DNA from: Candidatus Daviesbacteria bacterium
Lineage (GTDB): Bacteria > Patescibacteriota > Microgenomatia > Daviesbacterales > UBA10151
Assembly (NCBI GenBank): GCA_016184225.1
Contig: JACPDA010000005.1
Span: forward strand, 67,590-131,589
Length of the DNA stretch: 64,000 bases
Direction: 5' to 3'
Positions within the stretch are counted from its first letter, which is position 1. Every line of letters starts with the position of its first letter. Shown piece by piece: positions 20,273-29,447 of the stretch. Under the pieces are notes generated by a model. The model searched no databases, was not told the origin of the DNA, and saw only the letters and a program-made list of their open reading frames with translations. The position numbers and the translations under genes were made by a program.

Positions 20273-21802
20273 ATGGAAAAATATGCCTTACTCTCGGTAT
20301 ATAATAAGGAAGGTATATCTGACTTTGCAAAGGTATTAGAGAAGTTGGGATACAAAATTATCTCCACTGGCGGTACTTATGAACAGTTAAAAAAGAACGG
20401 TATTGATGTTACCCCAATTGATGAGATAACCGGTAACCCCAGAGACTCCTTTGACGGCCGGATGAAAACTATTAGTTTTCAAATTGAGTCGGGAATTTTG
20501 TTTGACCGGAGAAATCCTAAGCATGTAGAAGAGGCCCAAAAATTGGGGGTACCGCAAATAAACATTGTGATATGCAACCTTTATCCGTTTGAAGAAAAGC
20601 CTGGCATTGAAACAATCGATGTCGGAGGGCCAACCATGATTAGGGCTGCAGCTAAAAATCATGTAAATGTTTTGGTGGTGGTTAGTCCTGCTGATTATGG
20701 TATGGTGGCAGATGCTTTAGAAAAGGGGAAAGTTACAGAAAAATTAAGGAAAGAATTGGCTGCTAAAGCTTTTTATCATCTATCTTTTTACGATTCTCAA
20801 ATCGGTAACTTTTTCAGTAGCGAGAGGTTTCCCAAAGAACTCACTATACCTCTTAGAAAAACTAATGTTCTCCGCTATGGGGAAAATCCCCATCAAGAAG
20901 GAGCCCTCTATCTTATGCCAAAAACCAATTCTCCTTTTGCAAAATTAAAACACCTTTGGGGAAGGGAACTTTCCGGCACCAACATTGGTGATATTCAAGC
21001 AGGACTGGAAACTGTCAGACAATTTAAGGAACCGGCAGCCGCAGTTATAAAACATTTAAGCCCTTGCGGAATAGCTACCGGCAAAGATGCTTTCGAGGCT
21101 CTGTACCGGGCAACCGAAGCAGACCCTGTTTCCGCATTTGGAGGGGTAGTGGTATTAAATAAGCCCATGGATTTAGAGGCTGCAAAGAATATTGCCACGT
21201 TTAAAAATGAAAGAGAAGGAAATACTGATATTGTGGCAGTTCCATCAATTTCGCCTGATGCTTTGGAATTACTGAAAAAAGTCAGAAAGAGTATGGGAGT
21301 TTATACATTTGGTGAAATTCCAAGGGAAAGAACTGAAAGATGGGACTTAAAATATTTTGCCGGAGCAGTATTACTTCAGGATTTTGATGATGATGTTGAC
21401 AAAAGTTTTAAGGCCTGGAAAGTTGTAACTAGAAATAAACCGACAGAGAAACAACTTGAGCAAATGAAATTTGGTTTTAAAGCAGTGAAAGCTGTCAGGT
21501 CTAATGCCGTGATAGTAATTGATAAAGATATTCCGATGACCCGCGGGATTGGTTCCGGACAAACTTCACGCGTAGGTGCTACCAAGATTGCCCTGGAGCA
21601 AGCAGGAAAATTAGCAAAAGGTGGTATCCTAATAAGTGACAGCTTTTTTCCGTTTGAAGATTCAGTGGAAATGGCAGCAAAATACGGAATCGGAGCCATT
21701 CTGGAGCAAGGGGGTTCTGTTAATGATCAGGCATCTGTGACGGCCGCAGATAAGGCAGGTATCCCGATGGTATTTACCGGAAGGAGGGCATTCAGACACT
21801 AA
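20273..21802 (+). CDS. purH: Bifunctional AICAR transformylase/IMP cyclohydrolase
   Basis: ALLSVYNK, STGGT, IDVGGP, LRYGENPHQ, SAFGG, SDSFFPF, FTGRRAFRH. Confidence 0.95.
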   Translation: MEKYALLSVYNKEGISDFAKVLEKLGYKIISTGGTYEQLKKNGIDVTPIDEITGNPRDSFDGRMKTISFQIESGILFDRRNPKHVEEAQKLGVPQINIVICNLYPFEEKPGIETIDVGGPTMIRAAAKNHVNVLVVVSPADYGMVADALEKGKVTEKLRKELAAKAFYHLSFYDSQIGNFFSSERFPKELTIPLRKTNVLRYGENPHQEGALYLMPKTNSPFAKLKHLWGRELSGTNIGDIQAGLETVRQFKEPAAAVIKHLSPCGIATGKDAFEALYRATEADPVSAFGGVVVLNKPMDLEAAKNIATFKNEREGNTDIVAVPSISPDALELLKKVRKSMGVYTFGEIPRERTERWDLKYFAGAVLLQDFDDDVDKSFKAWKVVTRNKPTEKQLEQMKFGFKAVKAVRSNAVIVIDKDIPMTRGIGSGQTSRVGATKIALEQAGKLAKGGILISDSFFPFEDSVEMAAKYGIGAILEQGGSVNDQASVTAADKAGIPMVFTGRRAFRH

Positions 21803-23214
21803 TGAAAGTGCAAAGTGCAAAGTGCAAAGTGCAAAGTTATGATAGTTACCAATCACCATTTTCTTGGAGATATGGATCAGAAAAAATGAGAGAGATATTC
21901 TCAGAAGAGAAGAAATATAAACTTTGGAGAAAGATTTGGGTAGCTCTTGCAAAAGCACAAGCAAAAGAAGGTTTGGTATCAAAAGAAGAACTGGCAGACC
22001 TGGAAAAAAATCAAGACAACATAGATATCGAACGGATTTGGGAAATTGAAAAAGATACCTGGCATGACACCGTAGCGGCAATAAAAGAATTTGCTGAGAA
22101 AGCCAAAATCGGCGGCGGCAAAATACACCTCGGTGCCACTTCCATGGATATTTCCGATAATGCTGAAACTATTAGGATTAGGGAAGCCTTGGATATAGTT
22201 GAAAAAAGACTCGTAGCTTTGCTACTCGCGCTTTCTTCGAAAGTAAAAAAATATGCTAACTTTCCCTGTATGGGGTATACCCATCTGCAGCCGGCAGAAC
22301 CAACAACCTTAGGATATAGATTTGCTTTCTACGCCCAGGATCTTTTAATGGATCTGGAACTTTTAAGATTTGTTAAGAAGAATTTAAAGAGTAAAGGTTT
22401 AAAGGGCGCAGTCGGAACATCAGCCAGTTATGTTAAATTGTTGGATAGGAAAAAAGCAGAAGAGATGGAAGTTAGGATTTTAAGGGAGTTAGGGGTAGAA
22501 GCATTTGAAATTACCAATCAAACTGCGTCCAGAAAGATAGAATTTTGGGTAGCCAGCTTACTCGCGGGAGTTGCACAGTCCTTGAATAAATTTGCCTTTG
22601 ATTTAAGGATTATGCAGTCACCCGGGTTTGGTGAATGGCAGGAGCCGTTTGGAGTTTTGCAGGTTGGTTCATCCGCAATGCCTTTTAAGAAAAATCCTAT
22701 TAAAGCAGAACAAATTTGTTCTTTGTCCAGGCTGGTGGTGAATTTATCAAAGACTGCCTGGGATAATGCTTCCATGATGTTACTTGAGCGGACTCTGGAT
22801 GATTCGGCTAACAGAAGAGTAGTAATTCCGGAAATGTTTTTGGCAATTGATGAAATGCTAAATTCTACCGCAAATATTGTTGAAGGATTAATTGTAAATG
22901 ACAAACAAATAATGAGAAATTTGGAAAAATATTGGCCTTTTTCTGCAACAGAAGGAATTATTCTGGAAGCAGTAAAACAGGGGGCAGACAGACAAAAAAT
23001 GCATGAGGCGCTCAGAGAAATTGCCATGAGAGCGTGGAAGTCTATCCAAGAAGGGAATCCAAATCCAATACAGGATTTATTAGAAGAAAATTCCACTATT
23101 AAACAGTACTTAAAACCAATAGAAATAATAGAAGTTCTGGATGCAAAAAATCATGTTGGTAATGCAAAAGAAAAAGCTTTGACTTTGGCGGATCAAATTG
23201 ATAGATTGACATAA
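21802..23214 (+). CDS. purB: Adenylosuccinate lyase
   Basis: YQSPFSWRY, HLGATS, THLQPA, GSSAMPFKKNP. Confidence 0.95.
   Translation: MKVQSAKCKVQSYDSYQSPFSWRYGSEKMREIFSEEKKYKLWRKIWVALAKAQAKEGLVSKEELADLEKNQDNIDIERIWEIEKDTWHDTVAAIKEFAEKAKIGGGKIHLGATSMDISDNAETIRIREALDIVEKRLVALLLALSSKVKKYANFPCMGYTHLQPAEPTTLGYRFAFYAQDLLMDLELLRFVKKNLKSKGLKGAVGTSASYVKLLDRKKAEEMEVRILRELGVEAFEITNQTASRKIEFWVASLLAGVAQSLNKFAFDLRIMQSPGFGEWQEPFGVLQVGSSAMPFKKNPIKAEQICSLSRLVVNLSKTAWDNASMMLLERTLDDSANRRVVIPEMFLAIDEMLNSTANIVEGLIVNDKQIMRNLEKYWPFSATEGIILEAVKQGADRQKMHEALREIAMRAWKSIQEGNPNPIQDLLEENSTIKQYLKPIEIIEVLDAKNHVGNAKEKALTLADQIDRLT
21805..21837 (+). repeat. (AAAGTGC)4 tandem heptamer at the purB 5' end
   Basis: Four perfect units plus AAAGT directly after the ATG. 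Confidence 0.9.
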
Positions 23215-23221
23215 ATATGGA

Positions 23222-23375
23222 AAAAACGGCTTATCACCACAGTACAAAAAATCGCTCGTACGGTAGAGACTTACTCACTTGTGAGTATTTTGTGGATACC
23301 AATAATCACGTATCGTTGAGACATTCAACACAAAATCCTCAACATTTTTTGTTACTTTGTGACTTCGCCGTTTTT
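23222..23375. other. Highly structured intergenic element (cis-RNA or MITE-like) upstream of purE
   Basis: Terminal pairing AAAAACGGC/GCCGTTTTT plus several nested stems; also read through by a 58 aa ORF 23217-23393. Confidence 0.55.
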
Positions 23376-23389
23376 ATGGAGGAATTTTC

Positions 23390-23881
23390 ATGAAAGTCCT
23401 GATTATTACAGGTTCTGATTCTGATTTATCTGTTATGAAAGAGGCTGCAGAGGTGCTGGAAGAATTTGGTGTAGAGTATGAAATGACTATTTCTTCGGCA
23501 CACAGATCTCCCGAGAGAACTAAAGAATTAGTGGAAAAGGCCAAGAGGGATGGGGTAAAGGTGATAATTGCCGGAGCGGGGATGGCTGCTCATCTAGCAG
23601 GGGCGGTAGCAGCAGATTTTCCGTTACCGGTGATTGGAGTACCACTACAAAGCGGGATATTAAAGGGGATGGATGCATTTCTGTCAACCATACAAATGCC
23701 ACCGGGAGTGCCGGTAGCAACAGTGGCCATCAACGGGGCAAAAAATGCCGGACTGCTAGCAGTGCAAATTTTGGCAATCTCTGATAAACAGTTAGAGCAG
23801 AGATTGATGGACTATAAAAAAAAATTGGCAAATGATATTTGGAAGAAGTCAGAAAAGTTAAGAAGAATAACGAGAGCATGA
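23390..23881 (+). CDS. purE: N5-CAIR mutase / AIR carboxylase
   Basis: GSDSD, SAHRSP, AGMAAHL, QMPPGVPVATV; GGAGG Shine-Dalgarno upstream. Confidence 0.96.
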   Translation: MKVLIITGSDSDLSVMKEAAEVLEEFGVEYEMTISSAHRSPERTKELVEKAKRDGVKVIIAGAGMAAHLAGAVAADFPLPVIGVPLQSGILKGMDAFLSTIQMPPGVPVATVAINGAKNAGLLAVQILAISDKQLEQRLMDYKKKLANDIWKKSEKLRRITRA

Positions 23882-24834
23882 TTGACAGGAAAACTATTAT
23901 TGGGAATATTCCCTTTTCTCTTAAATCCGTAAACCTCCCTAAGTTGGGTAAAAAATATCAAGGCAAAGTCCGTGATAGTTATGTACTTAACGACAAAAGA
24001 ATTATTGTCACAACTGACCGGCAATCTGCATTTGACCGTGTCCTGGGTTTCATTCCATTCAAAGGACAAGTCCTTACTAAACTTTCTGAATTTTGGTTTC
24101 AAAAAACTGCTGATATTATTCAGAATCACTTGCTTTCTGTTCCGGATCCTAATGTGATGGTGGTAAAAAACTGTCAGGTTATTCCGATTGAAATGGTGGT
24201 CCGGGGTTATATCACCGGAGTGACTGATACTTCCATTTGGGGTTCATATGAAAAAGGGGACAGGGTAATTTATGGTGTTAAATTTCCAGAAGGTTTGCAA
24301 AAAAACCAGAAACTTTCTGAGCCGGTGATTACTCCTACTACCAAAGCAGAAGCCGGCCACGATGAAAGGTTAACTGAAAAAGAAATTATCCAGAGAAAGA
24401 TTGTATCCCCGGCGATATGGAAACAGATGAAAAAAACTGCTCTGGATCTTTTTGAGCGAGGACAGGAAATTTGTGATAAGGCAGGGATAATTTTGGTGGA
24501 TACAAAATATGAATTTGGATTGGATAAACAGGGGAAGCTTATATTGGTTGATGAGATCCATACCCCTGACTCTTCAAGATACTGGATAAAAAAAACTTAT
24601 CCAGAAAGATTTAAAAAAGGCGTAGAGCCGGAAAGCTATGATAAAGAACCACTCCGGATTTGGTTTAAGGAGAGAGGTTTTACCGGTAAGGGTAAAATTC
24701 CCAAAATGCCCCCAAGTTTTATTGCCAAATTGAGCAGGCTGTATATGGGAATTTATGAAAAAATCACTGGCAAAAAATTTGTCCCTGAACTTTCAAAAAA
24801 CGTTAATCAAAGAATTATAAAGAACCTCTCCTGA
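23878..24834 (+). CDS. purC: SAICAR synthetase (long form)
   Basis: GKVRD, TDRQSAFD, DTKYEFG, DEIHTPDSSRYW; ATGA overlap with purE. Confidence 0.95.
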   Translation: MIDRKTIIGNIPFSLKSVNLPKLGKKYQGKVRDSYVLNDKRIIVTTDRQSAFDRVLGFIPFKGQVLTKLSEFWFQKTADIIQNHLLSVPDPNVMVVKNCQVIPIEMVVRGYITGVTDTSIWGSYEKGDRVIYGVKFPEGLQKNQKLSEPVITPTTKAEAGHDERLTEKEIIQRKIVSPAIWKQMKKTALDLFERGQEICDKAGIILVDTKYEFGLDKQGKLILVDEIHTPDSSRYWIKKTYPERFKKGVEPESYDKEPLRIWFKERGFTGKGKIPKMPPSFIAKLSRLYMGIYEKITGKKFVPELSKNVNQRIIKNLS

Positions 24835-24901
24835 TTTAGGTTTATCCTGATAAACGATTGTTCCCGGCATCATGCTTATATTTTAGCATATTTGGAATTC
24901 A

Positions 24902-24927
24902 ACTCTAGTCAAACTTGACGATCGGCC
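24902..24927 (+). repeat. Left CGATCG-core repeat of PaaX-like gene 1
   Basis: ACTCTAGTCAAACTTGACGATCGGCC, 20/26 identical to 25465-25490; contains a TTGACG -35-like hexamer. Confidence 0.65.
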
Positions 24928-24955
24928 CCAATAAGTATAGTCTGAAAATATACCG

Positions 24956-25456
24956 ATGATAAAGAAAAATTCATTAAGTTATTTTTTGCTTCTTGGTTTG
25001 GAGAAATCGATTCAGAGTGGCGTTTTGCTAATTGATTTTGCCTACAATTCCCACTGGTATGTTTATCCCGGGCGAGACCCAAGAGATATAAATTACGGCG
25101 CTCTTTATCAGGCAGTTAGGGATTTGCGTGAGAAAGGCTTTATTGAAACCGAAAAAGACGGCAGAAAAATTATGTTGAAATTAACAGATAAAGGTAGGGA
25201 AGAGGCAATAGTAAAAAAGCTCTTAGCAGAAGAGAAATGGGATAGGAAGTGGAGAATTGTTATTTTCGATGTTCCGGAAAAGCACCGGAAATTAAGAAAA
25301 ATCTTGCGGAGTAAACTTAGGGAGTGGGAATTTGAGCCTTGGCAGAAAAGTGTTTGGGCAGGTAAAAAGGATGTAACAAGTCCATTGCGAAATTTTATTA
25401 AAGAGGTTGGTTTATCTGATTGGGTAAGGGTGGTAGTCGGTGCTGATGTAGCTTAG
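24956..25456 (+). CDS. PaaX-like protein (wHTH + Cas2-like domain)
   Basis: wHTH YQAVRDLREKGFI..LTDKG followed by KWDRKWRIVIFDVPE..LR..L....F..WQKSVW. Confidence 0.85.
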   Translation: MIKKNSLSYFLLLGLEKSIQSGVLLIDFAYNSHWYVYPGRDPRDINYGALYQAVRDLREKGFIETEKDGRKIMLKLTDKGREEAIVKKLLAEEKWDRKWRIVIFDVPEKHRKLRKILRSKLREWEFEPWQKSVWAGKKDVTSPLRNFIKEVGLSDWVRVVVGADVA

Positions 25457-25464
25457 GATCTCTC

Positions 25465-25492
25465 ACTTTAGACAAATAGGCCGATCGGCCTA
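25465..25492 (+). repeat. Right CGATCG-core repeat of PaaX-like gene 1
   Basis: Contains the perfect 16 bp palindrome TAGGCCGATCGGCCTA (25477-25492). Confidence 0.7.
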
Positions 25493-25576
25493 AACGAGTA
25501 AAGTTGTGTTACCAGAATAATCAAACCGAATGATTGATATTTGACGATAACTATAAGGTATAGTATTATTTGCTGT

Positions 25577-26356
25577 ATGGTTGAGAGAATCAATTTTTCA
25601 ACAAAGGATTTGACCTTTCAATCCGTTACTAATCAACATAGTTTTGATAATTTTTCTGGTGAGCGAGTGTGGTTCAGTAAAAACAATTGGGGCGATGTCA
25701 GATTAGCGAGAGAAGGAAATTCTTCTGTTTTAAGGTGGGTTGATAACCGCATTATATGTTTAGATCCAGGATTTTCTTTCTACTATGATCATAACTACTG
25801 GGTTCAACCTTTTGGTATGGGTTTCCAACCTAAAGAATTAGCTGGTTCATATCCAGCAGTGATCAGTGCTGAGTCTGCAACCGAAGCGGAAGATGGAAGG
25901 ATAGTTGGCGCCATACAATACGGAACATTTTGGTATAACCCGGAAGGCGCTTTAACTGCCATAAGATGTGGAGGATTAACACGCGGAGGGTTTGAGATGA
26001 ATAATCCCTTTTTAGATCTGGTCAGGTTAGACCAGAGTGTGTGGCAAATCTATCGACTGGAAGACGTAACTCAATACACCTATGAGTATTTTCTTAAACA
26101 TAAAGAGAAGCTGCCAGAAGAAGTATTGTTAAAAGATGGGAAGGATATAATTTTTGATGAATTGATTACAAATATCACAGATGACGGTAAGGTTGTAACT
26201 CTTACGCAGAGTACAATTACCGGCCACAAACAAAAAGTTATCCAAGTTCCTTCGCATATAGATATTCTTAAATGGCGGGAAACTTTAGGTAAGCTTGAAG
26301 GTGCATGGGTGCAGGTCTTGAAGGATTTTCCCACGCAAATCGAACTCGTGGTATAA
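25577..26356 (+). CDS. Hypothetical orphan protein
   Basis: Long ORF; TTGACG-17-TATTAT ends 7 nt before ATG 25577. Confidence 0.65.
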   Translation: MVERINFSTKDLTFQSVTNQHSFDNFSGERVWFSKNNWGDVRLAREGNSSVLRWVDNRIICLDPGFSFYYDHNYWVQPFGMGFQPKELAGSYPAVISAESATEAEDGRIVGAIQYGTFWYNPEGALTAIRCGGLTRGGFEMNNPFLDLVRLDQSVWQIYRLEDVTQYTYEYFLKHKEKLPEEVLLKDGKDIIFDELITNITDDGKVVTLTQSTITGHKQKVIQVPSHIDILKWRETLGKLEGAWVQVLKDFPTQIELVV

Positions 26357-26374
26357 TAATTTAACTTAACCTTT

Positions 26375-27352
26375 ATGGCAACGACTAATGGTTTTGTACT
26401 TTTAACAGGGACTGCTAATTTAAAACTTGCCAAAGATATTGCTAAAGTTTTGGGAAAAGATGCTGATGAAACCGTGAGCGTTTTTGCTGACGGCGAAAAG
26501 AGAATTGTTATCCCCGAGAATTTAAGGAAAAGAGATGTTTTTATAATCCAACCCACTTGTCCGCCGGTTGATGCAAACATTATGGAACTGCTTTTGATAA
26601 TAGACGCTGCAAAAAGATCATCCGCCTCAGAAGTAACAGCCATAATTCCTTATTTTGGATACTCCAGGCAGGACCGCAAAGATCGACCGCGAGTTCCCAT
26701 ATCAGCGTCTTTGGTTGCCAGGTTAATTGAATTTTCCGGGGCAGACAGAATTTTGACGGTTGATATCCACTCGGAGCAAGAGCCCGGATTTGTGGAAATC
26801 CCTTGGGATAATTTATACAGCAGTTACTCTTTTCTTCCCCAGCTAAAAAAATATTTCGGATCAAACTTAATTGTTGCCTCGCCTGATAAAGGCGGAGTTT
26901 TAAAAGCTGCATTTTATGCGGATCTGCTTGACGCTGATGGAGTGGCGATTGTTTTTAAGGAAAGGGATGTGATGAAAAAGAATGAAAGCAAGGCTTTGGA
27001 TATGATTGGTGACGTTAAGGGCAAAGACGTATTAATTGTGGATGATATGATTGATACGGCCGGAACGATTTGTGAAGCTGCTAAATTGATTAAGGGAAAA
27101 GGGGCAAAAAGCGTATCTGCTGCTGCTGCTCATGGGCTTTTTTCCGACCCTGCCATAGAACGGATTAACGACTCACCCCTAGATAAGATTTTTATCACAG
27201 ATACAGTGCCGCTTAGGAAGGAAGTTTTGGAGAGCCAAAAGTTTATTGTAATATCAGTGGCTAACCTTTTGGCAGAAGCTATAAACTGTATTCACAATGG
27301 TGATTCAATTTCTGAAAAATTAATCCCCAAAACTCACGAAGAAAGAAACTAG
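26375..27352 (+). CDS. prs: Ribose-phosphate pyrophosphokinase
   Basis: FADGE, PYFGYSRQDRK, SPDKGG, VDDMIDTAGT. Confidence 0.96.
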   Translation: MATTNGFVLLTGTANLKLAKDIAKVLGKDADETVSVFADGEKRIVIPENLRKRDVFIIQPTCPPVDANIMELLLIIDAAKRSSASEVTAIIPYFGYSRQDRKDRPRVPISASLVARLIEFSGADRILTVDIHSEQEPGFVEIPWDNLYSSYSFLPQLKKYFGSNLIVASPDKGGVLKAAFYADLLDADGVAIVFKERDVMKKNESKALDMIGDVKGKDVLIVDDMIDTAGTICEAAKLIKGKGAKSVSAAAAHGLFSDPAIERINDSPLDKIFITDTVPLRKEVLESQKFIVISVANLLAEAINCIHNGDSISEKLIPKTHEERN

Positions 27353-27353
27353 C

Positions 27354-27371
27354 CCTTCGACTACGCTCAGG
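27354..27371. repeat. CCTTCGACTACGCTCAGG element filling the prs/purM gap
   Basis: Reverse orientation of the CCTGAGCG.AGTCGAAGG core. Confidence 0.7.
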
Positions 27372-27374
27372 GTT

Positions 27375-28478
27375 TTAACGGACCTCTAAAGTTTCTGCCC
27401 CAAAACTGATTTTGATCGGTTCAATAATAACCTCTTTTGGTCCTTCCTGAACTACTCCGGCATTCCAGGATTTTAAGTTATGTTTTTCTGCTATGGCTTG
27501 GGCTTTTTCTACTTGGGTTACTGGCAAATATATCGCAAACCCGGCACCCATATTAAAGTTGCCGTACATATCTTTGTCACTGCTGCCCGATTGATTTTGG
27601 ATAAACTTAAAAGTTTGGGGAATTGGGGGGATTTGGGTAAGGAGGTAAGTAAAAGCTCTGTTTGCCCGCATTAGTTTTCTCCAACCATGGCCGGTAATGT
27701 TGACCAGGTAGTGTATTTCCACTCCGGCCTCAAATAAGTCTTTGATTAAATTTACATATATATAGGTAGGTGTAAGTAAGAAATCTCCGTATATTGTTCC
27801 GTCAGGTAATTTAGTGGTATAGCCTTCCGGTAGTTTTTCCGCAATAGCCCTGGCCAATGATAATCCATTAGCATGAACACCGCTGCTCTCTATTAGTAAA
27901 ATTGCATCGCCTGCCGTAAGTTTGTCTCCGAGAGTCAGTCTTTCTTTTGGTTTGATAATTCCGATACAAGCACCAGCCAGGTCTATTGTGTTTGGATTGA
28001 TGATTCCGGCCAGTCCCGGAGTTTCACCGCCGCCCCAGGTGGCCCCTGCCAGCTGGCAGGCTTTGGTCCAGCCTTCTACTAAAGCTTTGGAGCGATCACT
28101 GTTTGTGAACCACTCCGGACCTCCTGACCCGAAGTAAGCATTTATCACTTGTGGCATGGCTCCAACAGTAATGATATCGTTTACTATCATGGCAATGGTG
28201 TCTTGGGCAATGGCGCCATAATAACTTTGGCCGGTGGTTTTTTCCATTTCATCAGCCACTAAATTCTTCGTCCCCAAACCTTCAATAACAAATGCCCGGT
28301 ATGAATCTTCTTCTTCCCAGACAAAAGCTGATTCGCCCCGGCTTTCTGCTACTTCTTTTGCTCCAAAATTAAGCAGGTTTTGTGAAGTTTGTTTACCCAT
28401 TTGTTGGGCTAGTTTTTTAAGGGGATCCATGACATTGTAATTAACACCGGTGGAAGAGTAAGTGATTGTCTTGCTCAT
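27375..28478 (-). CDS. purM: AIR synthetase
   Basis: EGLGTK, MIVND, GGET, SSGVHANG, NITGHG, FNMGAG. Confidence 0.92.
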   Translation of the reverse strand: MSKTITYSSTGVNYNVMDPLKKLAQQMGKQTSQNLLNFGAKEVAESRGESAFVWEEEDSYRAFVIEGLGTKNLVADEMEKTTGQSYYGAIAQDTIAMIVNDIITVGAMPQVINAYFGSGGPEWFTNSDRSKALVEGWTKACQLAGATWGGGETPGLAGIINPNTIDLAGACIGIIKPKERLTLGDKLTAGDAILLIESSGVHANGLSLARAIAEKLPEGYTTKLPDGTIYGDFLLTPTYIYVNLIKDLFEAGVEIHYLVNITGHGWRKLMRANRAFTYLLTQIPPIPQTFKFIQNQSGSSDKDMYGNFNMGAGFAIYLPVTQVEKAQAIAEKHNLKSWNAGVVQEGPKEVIIEPIKISFGAETLEVR

Positions 28479-28532
28479 TTTATTAATATACTATAATTAT
28501 ATATCATACATAACCCTGATATAATTTTTAGT

Positions 28533-29447
28533 ATGCCTGAACGTAGGAAAAAAAGAAAAAAACGCAGTGCATCGAAGCAATCCGGCGTATCTTTATTTGT
28601 TATAGTAATTTTGTTATTTAGTGCGGCGCTCCTAATTGTTAAAGGATCAGGTTTTAATAAACCAATTCCGGATGTTGTCGAAATACCTAAAGAAGTGCAG
28701 GAATCAATTAAAAATGTAAAACCGCAAAAGTATCTACGAGTACCAATTCTTTTATATCACTATGTAGAGTATGTGAAAGACCCGAAGGATACAATCAGGA
28801 AATCGCTAAACTTAGAACCTCATGCTTTTGATTTGGAGGTGAAAACTTTGCAGGAAGCAGGATATAGCTTCATCACTTTAGCTGATTTGGCTGATGGTCT
28901 GGATGACAAAAGGACTTTGCCTGCAAAATCCGTTATTTTAACTTTTGATGACGGATACAGGGATTTTTATACGGACGTATTCCCGATCCTTAAAAAATAC
29001 CAAATAAAAGCAGTCGTTTTTGTCATTCCTAATTTTATAGACAGGCCGGATAATTTAACTACTTGGATGATTTCTGAAATTATCAAAAGCGGGTTAGTAG
29101 AAATAGGTGCACATACCATGAATCATACATATTTGCGCGGGCTATCTTTGAACCAAGTCCGGTATGAGATAGAGCAGAGCAAGAGCTACCTTGAGAAGAG
29201 TTTCGGCATCCAGGTTATCTCTTTCGCTTATCCTTATGGAGCTTTTGATAACGGGGCTATTGATGAAGTTAAAAAGGCGGGATTCAGGACTGCTGTAACT
29301 ACCATCCCCGGTACTTTCAGCATGGATGTTAATAGGTTTTTTCTTTATAGAGTTAGGCCGGGAGGAAGAGTGGGCCCGGATCTTTTGGAACTGTTAGAGA
29401 GAACAAAAGTTACCTCCATTCCTAAAAATGAAAATATCTTATCTTGA
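28533..29447 (+). CDS. Membrane-anchored polysaccharide deacetylase (CE4)
   Basis: N-terminal TM, PILLYH, TFDDGY, HTMNH, AYPYG. Confidence 0.9.
   Translation: MPERRKKRKKRSASKQSGVSLFVIVILLFSAALLIVKGSGFNKPIPDVVEIPKEVQESIKNVKPQKYLRVPILLYHYVEYVKDPKDTIRKSLNLEPHAFDLEVKTLQEAGYSFITLADLADGLDDKRTLPAKSVILTFDDGYRDFYTDVFPILKKYQIKAVVFVIPNFIDRPDNLTTWMISEIIKSGLVEIGAHTMNHTYLRGLSLNQVRYEIEQSKSYLEKSFGIQVISFAYPYGAFDNGAIDEVKKAGFRTAVTTIPGTFSMDVNRFFLYRVRPGGRVGPDLLELLERTKVTSIPKNENILS

Noticed and set aside
22518-23096. Long antisense ORFs (also 26080-26643, 40500-41033, 57839-58342 and many shorter ones)
   Set aside because: They lie opposite well-supported genes, are rich in Ser/Phe/Ile as expected for shadow frames, and have no motifs.
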